A DNA stretch of 64,000 nt from positions 197,714 to 261,713 of the forward strand of contig CAVQLW010000006.1 of assembly GCA_963713485.1 (NCBI GenBank), given 5' to 3'. The stretch's first letter is position 1. Each line of letters begins with the position of its first letter. Source of the stretch: Candidatus Dormiibacterota bacterium. Lineage in GTDB: Bacteria; Chloroflexota; Dormibacteria; Aeolococcales; Aeolococcaceae. Below the pieces are notes generated by a model. It worked only from the letters and a program-made list of their open reading frames with translations, had not been told where the DNA came from and did no database searches. The translations under genes and the position numbers were made by a program. Positions 1 through 10,778 of the stretch are shown here, one piece after another.

Positions 1-1
1 C

Positions 2-265
2 GTCTTCTCTGTCGCTGCGCATGCTGGGACCGACCCAATGCACTTCGACTACAACCCGGCACCACCTGTGGAGTTCGGTGCGCCAGGGATCTCATTGGAC
101 GTCGCGTGGCTGGACCACACCACGATTACCGCCACCGGGAATAGCTTTGCGGCGCCGCACATCGCCGGATTGGTAGCACTCATCCTGAGCAAGCACCCAG
201 GGATGACGCCATTTCAAATGAAGACTGTGCTGTGTGCGCTCGCCGATAATGGCGCAGACGCCTAA
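2..265 (+). CDS. subtilisin-like (S8) serine peptidase, C-terminal fragment (5' end outside window)
   Basis: Frame is open from the window edge. Translation carries the catalytic-Ser motif GNSFAAPHIAG typical of S8 peptidases. Stop at 263-265. Confidence 0.75.
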   Translation, partial: VFSVAAHAGTDPMHFDYNPAPPVEFGAPGISLDVAWLDHTTITATGNSFAAPHIAGLVALILSKHPGMTPFQMKTVLCALADNGADA

Positions 266-451
266 TCCGATGTGGCACCCAAGGTCTTCTGCATCGCGTG
301 AGCGCATCGCCTGGCGCTGGATCGTCGTCCGGGTCGCCGGTGTCGGGTCGCCGACGCTGGATCTGTCAGTTGGACGACTGACTCACCCTGTCGAGAGTGT
401 CAAACTCCTGCCACCATCAATCGGCGGACAAACCGCCAAAGGAGAACTGTT

Positions 452-646
452 ATGAGCACGGACGATCCCAAGGGTCAGGAAGCCCCGGAGCGATTCACAG
501 CCGACAAGGAAGAGGAAGAGGACACGGAAGGCCACCGTTACACGGCGCTCAACTCAGATCCGGACTTCGATGCTCGCACCGCGTCGCGCGGCGCGTCTGA
601 GGCCGACGAGGGCGACGACGTCGCGGGCCATCAGAAGGCCATCTAA
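452..646 (+). CDS. small acidic hypothetical protein (64 aa) with two D-x-x-G-H motifs
   Basis: ATG preceded by AAAGGAG 7 nt upstream. Product is strongly acidic: EEEEDTEGHRY ... EGDDVAGHQKAI. No family recognised. Confidence 0.5.
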   Translation: MSTDDPKGQEAPERFTADKEEEEDTEGHRYTALNSDPDFDARTASRGASEADEGDDVAGHQKAI

Positions 647-1464
647 AGGAGAGGTCTTCTCTTGGGGCACGGCGATGAGCCCCGCTGCGTCATTCGAGAC
701 TGCAGCCGGGGCCATCGCCGGCTTTGGGAAGGCTTGGAAGTCATCCGCCCGAGGCACCACCGAGGGTTGGGCGCGCCGCCGCTGATCCCTTAAGGGTGCA
801 GTCGTGAGGCGTCAAACTGTGTTGAGGCGAGCCAGGTAGTCTCGGTGGGTGAGTGGTCACGACAGCGCCCCACCCGAGTTCCAATTCCGGTTCTGGCTCT
901 ATCGAACCCCGGGGATCACCACGCCCTACCAGGCGAGACTGAGGTAGGCCGAGCGCACATGTGGCCAGCGGCGGCCATGAGGACCGAGTCAACGTTGTTT
1001 CCAGAGCATTCGGCGCGATTGTGGCTTCTCTGCTCACCGGGTGAAGGGTAAACGCAATAGGCAGGTGCGGTACAGCCCAAACCCACGGCATCGCTTGCGA
1101 CCGCTCTGTGATCGCGGTCCTCGGGTTGGATGGAGCCGGCGTGACCTGCGCGACGTTCGCGCGGGGTCGGGACCATACGTTCCTGATCGCGTCTGGACCA
1201 CTGGGCGCAGCGCTCGCGGGCAATCCATTCCAACTCGCCGCGCCAATACGCACAGCCGGGTGACGACAAGTTGAGCAGGGATGAACTTCGGGCGAATCAG
1301 CTGAGACTGAAGTACGCTCGGTCCAGCGAGCGTGCGAGCAGGTGATGACAACTTGATCGCCGATGTCGAGTTCGAGATCAACCTGGACGCCGCAGGCAGC
1401 CGACAATGGCGCGACAAGGCGCGAGGTCGTAGGCTTCGCCCCACCAAGACAAGAGGAGCCGCCG

Positions 1465-5059
<3,595 letters not shown>

Positions 5060-5491
5060 AGTCTCCGGTAACCGCCTCCTGCTGCTCAGGGCACCTTCAT
5101 CCGCGGACGTCGGTGAACAAAGGCGGACGACACCCCTCCTTGTGAACGCCGAATTGAAATACGAACGCGGACCTCCATGGGTGTCGACGAACGCAAGTTC
5201 GCGCGCCTGAAAAACCTGGCGGTGGTTGGTTGCGTCTGGAGCCCACCCTGGTGACCGTCAACAACGTGTTCAACTCAATGGCGAGCATCAATGCCATCCT
5301 CGATGTCGACGGGCTGGTTTCAGTGACGATGGACGAAACCGGCTCGAACGTCGGGTTTCAGCCTCAAGATGGCGCCTCACCAGACCCAACGCAGACCCAA
5401 CGCGGATGCCCATCCCTGCCACTTCATTCCCTCAAGGGCACAATCTTGAATACGAAATGCCCCACTGTGCCCCGCCCTGCACCCGCCTCCC

Positions 5492-5554
5492 ACGCGCTGG
5501 AAATGCGGTATACCGGGTCAACCGGTATCGAGGGTTCGAATCCCTCTCGCTCCG
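5492..5554 (+). other. tRNA-Ser(GGA)-like 3' fragment (anticodon arm, long variable arm, T-arm, 3' acceptor strand) without D-arm or 5' acceptor strand
   Basis: CTGGAAA loop with GGA anticodon. 7-bp variable-arm stem ATACCGG/CCGGTAT. T-arm GAGGG-TTCGAAT-CCCTC, then TCGCTCC + G. No GGAGCGA 5' strand or D-arm upstream. Confidence 0.5.
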
Positions 5555-5936
5555 CGTTTCCCTTATGAAATAAGGGATATCGGCGCCGGTTGCGAGTGCT
5601 CCCCTGAATTGGATCAAACGCAGCAAGCGCGCCTCAGGCCCAACGCAGATCACGGACGATTTGCTGGCCCAGCGGCGACCACCCACCATCGCGCCTAGTT
5701 ACGGTAGTGACTCACGCAATGGCGGGCAGACATGATTGGGGAATCGTCCCGCCAAACCGGCCGCAGCCGTACAGGAGGCCGAGCAGGCGGGAGAGCCCCT
5801 TGACGTATTCCCATCCGCCACCCGGCCGCGTAAACGAGGCATGGGCAACGTCGCGAGCGTAGCCGCTGGTTAGGGAGCACGCGAGGTGCGCGCGGGCTCC
5901 CGCCATCACTTGGGTCACTCAGAAAGGGCCCCAGAT

Positions 5937-5965
5937 TTGTCTGTTAGCATGGCCAGCCCTATGGT
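5937..5965 (+). promoter_or_regulatory. putative sigma-70-like promoter of the 5983 membrane gene
   Basis: TTGTCT, 17-nt spacer, TATGGT. GAGG lies 5 nt before the ATG at 5983. Confidence 0.35.
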
Positions 5966-5982
5966 CACTCCTTCGAGGCTAT

Positions 5983-6474
5983 ATGGCTGAGCAATGGAAT
6001 AACTTCTTCATCTTGGTAGGCACTGGCTCTGCCGCGTTGACGGGGTTGGTCTTTGTGGCTCTCACCCTGAATCTGAAAGGTGTGACTAGAGATGCCACGC
6101 ATCGATACCGGGCCATCAACATGCTCACGGGTCTCACAGCCGCCTTCGTCATCTGTTCCTTTGCCCTAATGGGAGCCCAAACATTTCGCACGATAGGGAT
6201 TGAATGGTTGGTCGTGGCCCTACTGGCGGCAACAATTAACACGAATGGCTATGTTCAGGCCTTCAGACTGCGTAGTAGCCTCTTTGCTCTTAGCTTGTTT
6301 CGTATTGTTGGTGGGAGCGTCTGTTACCTTGGCCAAATCATCGGCGCATTGATGCTATGTCTCGGCTCCGGCGTGGGAATCTACGTTAGCGCAGTGTCAT
6401 TGATCGTGAATTTCTTCTTTATGGTTTCAGGCTCTTGGCTTCTAATTATGGGTACCTCACCCAACTCCGCTTGA
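5983..6474 (+). CDS. hypothetical polytopic membrane protein (about 5 TM), A/T-richer than its surroundings
   Basis: 163-aa ORF with hydrophobic helices. About 50% GC in the first 60 nt counted, against about 70% in neighbouring genes. Own promoter and RBS. Confidence 0.6.
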   Translation: MAEQWNNFFILVGTGSAALTGLVFVALTLNLKGVTRDATHRYRAINMLTGLTAAFVICSFALMGAQTFRTIGIEWLVVALLAATINTNGYVQAFRLRSSLFALSLFRIVGGSVCYLGQIIGALMLCLGSGVGIYVSAVSLIVNFFFMVSGSWLLIMGTSPNSA

Positions 6475-6794
6475 GACGATCAGGGGCCGCGAAGCCTGCG
6501 GCGGGAACGGCGTTCAGCGACATCAAACGCAGCACATTGCTTCTCAAGTGGGTGTCGAGCCGCTCTGCGCCCGGTCCCGCCGATCGTGCAGGAATCCACC
6601 CGTGGATTGAACGCTCCAACGCGCCACTCACGGAGCCGAATAAGGTTCCATCGTCATCGAGCTGCGCGTGAGTGACGTGCAGGTGTACCTGCCTCGTTTC
6701 GTCGCCCGTGCGCTCAGGATCGGCTGTCAGGCGACAGAGTTCGAGTATCGCGGCAACAAGGCCTGGATATACAACTAGCGCCGCCCCGACCGCT

Positions 6795-7130
6795 CTATTT
6801 TGAATCCTCGACCCGACGCGAAGCCGCAAGGCTCCAGTGAATCTTGACGTTGGTCGCTGCTTCTGGATGTTCAGAAAGCCACTTGCGCGCATAGGGGCAG
6901 ATGGGCACCACCGTCAGATGGTCAAGCTCGGCCCACTCGATCGCTGCGCGAACAAGGTCGCCGGCGATGCCTTGGCCGCTGAGCGCTTCGGGGACGCCCG
7001 TATGAACCAGGATCAGGCGGTTGCCTCTGCGTCGATAGACCAGCTCAGCTTCTCTACCGTCCTGCGTCCATACGAGACGATCGTGAGCGGAGTCGCGCGC
7101 AATCCGATGGTGAGGCTCATCACGGGCCAC
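6795..7130 (-). CDS. small GNAT-like N-acetyltransferase-fold protein (YjdJ-like)
   Basis: 111 aa. Pattern ...ILVHTGVPEALSGQGIAGDLV...VPICPYARKWL is typical of the short GNAT-like family. Lies 40 nt downstream of the TrxR-like gene on the same strand. Confidence 0.65.
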   Translation of the reverse strand: MARDEPHHRIARDSAHDRLVWTQDGREAELVYRRRGNRLILVHTGVPEALSGQGIAGDLVRAAIEWAELDHLTVVPICPYARKWLSEHPEAATNVKIHWSLAASRRVEDSK

Positions 7131-7170
7131 GATGCTCAGGTGCGCCTCCCCAAATCAACAGCCGTGGACA

Positions 7171-8824
7171 TCAATGGTGGTCGAACGCGAGGAACGCGTG
7201 GACTGCGCTGACGGCGGCCGATCCCTCGCCGACCGCGGCCGCGACGCGCTTGGTCGAACCTGACCGAACGTCGCCTACCGCGAACAACCCGGGGCGGCTG
7301 GTCTCATATGGGAGCGGTCGCCGGCCGAGCGTGCTCCAGTGCTGGCCGAGCTGTTCATCGGTGAGCGCGCGGTCAGTGAGGACGAACCCTCGGCCATCGA
7401 GCGCGGCACATCCGCAAAGCCAGGACGACTGAGGATCGGCGCCGATGAACGAGAATAGCGCTGCCGCCGGGACGCGAGTCTGTGTATCCGTTCGGTCGAC
7501 GCGAACCGCCTGCAGCGCGTCGTCACCGTCGAGGCCGACGACGTTCGCGCCAGTCATCACCTCGATGCGCGGATGGCACACGAGTCGATCGACGAGGTAC
7601 CGAGACATGTGAGCGTTGACGTCAGATGCTCTGATGATCACCGTTACGGCGCTGCCTTTGTCGGCGAGGAAGACCGCCGCTTGACCAGCCGAGTTGCCGC
7701 CGCCGACGACCATAACCGGGCTGCCCGCGCACTGTCGCGCCTCCAGTTCGGTGGCGGCATAGTACACACCACCATTGATCTCGAACTCCTCCAACCGCTC
7801 CACGGGCAACCTGCGGTACCGCGCTCCCGTAGCTGCAATGACTGCCCGCGCGGCGATGACGGTGCCGTCCGACAGCTCCAGCGCGAAGTGTCCGGCCTCC
7901 TCACGCAGAGCGATCGCTGTCGCACGGCGCGCTGAGTCTCGCGCCGAACTTCTCTGCCTGTACCAACCCGCGCTGCGTGAGCTCCGCCCCGGGGATCCCA
8001 GTCGTGAACCCGAAGTAGTTCTCGATCCTGGAGCTCGTGCCCGCCTGACCGCCCGGCGCGATCATGTCCAAGCCGAGGGTGTGCAGCCCTTCTGAGGCCC
8101 CGTACACCGCGGCTGCGAGACCGGCCGGCCCGCCGCCCACGATGACGAGATCGAAGGAGCGGTCAGGCAGGTTGTCGAGGGTCAGCCCGAGATACGACGC
8201 CAGCTGGCCGGGCGTCGGCTTGCGCAGCACCTTGCCGGTGGCGATCACGACCGGGAGGTCTGATGGCTCGAGCGAGAAGGCTCGTACGATGCCGTCGACC
8301 TGCGCATCAGCATCCGGGTCCAGCCACTCGTGCGGTAGGCGGGTGCGAGTGAGGAACTCACGGATGCGCATGGTCTCGGGCGAGAAGCGAGAGCCCACGA
8401 CACGAATGAACTCGGCACCCCCTGCGAGGAGGGCCGTGCGGCGCGCCATGAACGCTGCCAGGATCTTGTCGCTGAGCGCGGGCTCGGTGGCGACGACCCT
8501 CCGCAGAACATCCGCCGGCACCGCGAGCACCTCACCGGGTTCGGCGACTCGAGCCGAAACGAACGCCCGCACCCCGGTGAGCAGATTCAACTCGCCAAGG
8601 AATTGACCTGCGCGGTGGGTGGTGATCACCCGGTCGTCCGCATCGTCGACGACAACGTCGACGGCGCCCGAGACGACGATCCAGAAGTCGTACTCGGGAT
8701 CGCCCTCGCGATAGAGGTACTCGCCAGCGGTGACGTGGCGGCGCGTGCCGATCGCCTCGAAGATCGCGACTTCGGAAGGGTCGAGGAAAGGGAACGCGGA
8801 CGGGTCCGCCTGAGCCTGGGCCAT
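7171..8824 (-). CDS. cyclic-nucleotide-binding domain fused to a thioredoxin-reductase-like FAD/NAD(P) oxidoreductase, one +1 frameshift near 7905-7930
   Basis: N-terminal cNMP-binding-like domain (FLGELNLL...R.F). Then DLVIVGGGPAGLAAA, GGQAGTSSRIENYFGF, VVGGGNSAGQAA and GLFAVGDVR. ORFs 7901..8824 and 7171..7809 join through ...ALREEAGHFALELSDGTVIAARAVIAATGARYRRLPVERLEEFE. Length is 3n+1. Confidence 0.8.
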
Positions 8825-9137
8825 TCAGTTGGTGTTTCCGTTCGGGCCGGCGCCGAAACGTGGGATCAGCCGGAGGTCATTTTGAAGGTTGCTGGCGAAG
8901 CGCGCCGGGCCGGCTCGGCGAGGCCGGCACCCGTGGTCGCGTGCCAGGCGATGCCCCGGCGCCGTCTCGTCCGGCCCAGACGAGCGAGCATAGGCCGATT
9001 GCTGTGAGTTGGTGCTGCCGCAGGGCGTCGCCGCGATAGAGCCGTAGGTGAGGGCGACCGACGGTCTTTGGTCACGCCTGCACAACGAGGCCATGTGGCC
9101 TGGGTCGTTGATCGCCATCGAGGCCCCCTTGCGGGCT

Positions 9138-9181
9138 CCGCCCCCGGCGCCGCTACGCGGGGCGCAGGCGCCTGGGGGCGG
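9138..9181 (-). terminator. GC-rich hairpin directly after the yceI-like stop (possible factor-independent terminator without U-tract)
   Basis: CCGCCCCC(A)GGCGCC ... GGCGCCGGGGGCGG inverted repeat, about 14 bp with one bulge, starting 8 nt past the stop. Confidence 0.3.
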
Positions 9182-9188
9182 ATTCAGC

Positions 9189-9770
9189 TCAGGCCGCCGT
9201 CTTGAGGGCGGCTTCGACCTTGAGGACGGCCTCGACCTCGAGGCTGATGTTGATGCGGTCGCTCACCACTGCGCCACCGCCGTCCATCGGCATGTTGATG
9301 GTGACACCGAAGTCGCGGCGATTGATCTCGGTCGAGGCCGAGAACCCGGCGCGGATGTTGCCGTACGGGTCGGGGCTGACGCCGTTCAGCTCGAGCAGGA
9401 GCGGCACAGAGCGGCTCACGCCGTGGAGCGTCAGCTGGCCGTCGACGACCCAGTAGTTGCCGTCCTGGCGCACACCGCTGGACTTGAAAGTGATCTCCGG
9501 GTACGTCGCGGCGTCGAGGAAGTCCGCCGACCGAAGGTGGTTGTCGCGCTGCTCGTTGCCGGTGTCGACGGAAGCGACGTCGATGACGGCCTCGACGCTG
9601 GACTGGGCGGGGTCCTCGGCGGCGGTGATGGTGCCGCTGAAGGTGCCGAAGCGGCCGCGAACTTTGCTGACCATCATGTGGCGGGCGGTGAAGCCGACCT
9701 CGCTGTGGGTCGGGTCGATCTCCCAGACGCCTGGGGTGAGCTCAGTGGTGGGGGTGCTGACTGCGATCAT
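9189..9770 (-). CDS. YceI family polyisoprenoid-binding protein
   Basis: WEIDPTHSEVGFTARHMMVSKVRGRF...DTGNEQRDNHLRSADFLD...ITF is a typical YceI signature. ATG at 9770 has an AAGGGA RBS. The longer track ORF start at 9806 is less likely. Confidence 0.85.
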   Translation of the reverse strand: MIAVSTPTTELTPGVWEIDPTHSEVGFTARHMMVSKVRGRFGTFSGTITAAEDPAQSSVEAVIDVASVDTGNEQRDNHLRSADFLDAATYPEITFKSSGVRQDGNYWVVDGQLTLHGVSRSVPLLLELNGVSPDPYGNIRAGFSASTEINRRDFGVTINMPMDGGGAVVSDRINISLEVEAVLKVEAALKTAA

Positions 9771-9793
9771 GGCGGGGTCCCTTGTGGTGGGTG

Positions 9794-9838
9794 GTTGACG
9801 TGTCAACAGCTTAGTACCCAGGATGTTGATGTGTCAAC
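9794..9838. promoter_or_regulatory. two copies of a 14-bp palindromic operator in the yceI/marR divergent region
   Basis: GTTGACGTGTCAAC (9794-9807) and GTTGATGTGTCAAC (9825-9838), 31 nt centre to centre. They sit between the divergent starts at 9770 and 9861. Confidence 0.45.
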
Positions 9839-9860
9839 CATAGGGAGGTACACTGATGCC

Positions 9861-10418
9861 ATGACCGAGGCAAAGGCCGAGCCCCGCTGGCTCGACGAGA
9901 CCGAGATGCGCGCCTGGCTCGGGCTTCTCCGGATGGGCTGGCTGATCGAGGTCGGCATCGGCCGCGATCTCATCGAGGCCGGCCTGTCCTTCGCCGACTA
10001 CCACGTCCTGGCCAGCCTGTCGGAGACCCCTGGCCACCAGATGCGGATCACAGACCTGGCGGCCCGCATCAGCTGGTCGAAGAGCCGGCTCTCCCATCAG
10101 CTGTCGCGGATGCAGGAGCGGGGGCTCGTACGCCGGAGCACCTGCCCGACCGATGCCCGGGGCGCGCTGGCAGTGCTGACCTCAACGGGGCTCGAGGCGA
10201 TCCAAAAGGCGGCCCCAGGGCATGTGGAGAGCATCCGGAGGCACCTGCTGCAGCCGCTGAGCCCTCAGCAGGTCGCGGCCCTCGCCGACATCGCCGAGGC
10301 GGTGCTGTCGGGCTGCGCCGGGAAGGAGGAGGCGTGCGCCGAGGCAGGGGAGGAGAGCAGCTGTCGCCGATTTCTTCTCCCTGAGCATGGACCAGGTCTT
10401 CGTGCTCGCCTTTCATAA
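9861..10418 (+). CDS. MarR family transcriptional regulator (3' end uncertain)
   Basis: GGGAGG RBS then ATG at 9861. The winged-helix core FADYHVLASLSE...MRITDLAARISWSKSRLSHQLSRMQERGLVRR is typical of MarR. The last 30 or so codons overlap the truncated hydrolase and may be read-through. Confidence 0.75.
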   Translation: MTEAKAEPRWLDETEMRAWLGLLRMGWLIEVGIGRDLIEAGLSFADYHVLASLSETPGHQMRITDLAARISWSKSRLSHQLSRMQERGLVRRSTCPTDARGALAVLTSTGLEAIQKAAPGHVESIRRHLLQPLSPQQVAALADIAEAVLSGCAGKEEACAEAGEESSCRRFLLPEHGPGLRARLS

Positions 10419-10761
10419 CCCGGAGCGTTTTCGCGTCGACCCGCTCACCCTGCCTCCCGCCGCACAGGCAGTGATGGCCGGGAACCGGGCAGCGCGAGCC
10501 ACATACGCAGGGACGGGGATGAGCGATGCCTCGCTCCTCGAGCGCCTGTCCACGCTTGAGATCCCGACGCTCGTGCTGTGGGGCGACAGCGATCGGATCG
10601 CCGACTCAGAGTACGGACGCGCGTACGCGGCGGCCATTCCCATGGCCCGCTTCCAGTTGCTCAAGGAAACGGGTCACCAGCCCCAGATGGAGACGCCCGA
10701 CCAGGTGCTCCAGGCGATCTGGGAGAACCGCGAAACACACGTCGCACGACGCCCTGATTGA
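10387..10761 (+). pseudogene. alpha/beta hydrolase, C-terminal third only (truncated remnant)
   Basis: Contains the C-terminal block IPTLVLWGDSDRI...FQLLKETGHQPQMETPDQV with the catalytic His. No room upstream for the nucleophile-elbow half, because that space is occupied by marR. Confidence 0.55.
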
Positions 10762-10778
10762 CACTGGAACGTGCCAGC

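Noticed and set aside
5150-5554. tmRNA (ssrA): a tRNA-like T-arm and acceptor 3' end preceded by about 350 nt of non-coding sequence containing ...GTGTCGACG...
   Set aside because: No 5' strand (GGGGCGA/GGAGCGA) is available to pair with the 3' acceptor TCGCTCC. There is no GGTTTCGAC-type 5' motif at the right distance and no G3:U70 pair. There is no tag ORF ending in a hydrophobic ...AA stop. The anticodon arm with GGA and the long variable arm fit a tRNA-Ser fragment better.
5230-5568. 112-aa plus-strand ORF (and ORF 13440..13643) as real proteins or RiPP precursors sharing an FNxM..INAxLDVDG motif
   Set aside because: The 5230 ORF runs straight through the tRNA-like fragment. The shared motif sits at opposite ends of the two ORFs. 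Similarity continues downstream only with frame-breaking indels. No modifying enzymes are nearby. Kept only as a low-confidence nucleotide-level observation.
5577-5982. Integrase or excisionase remnant next to the tRNA fragment (minus ORFs 5695..5880 and 5712..5918)
   Set aside because: No frame shows tyrosine-recombinase motifs (R..HxxR..Y) or HTH excisionase features. The ORFs overlap each other in different frames and look like GC artefacts.
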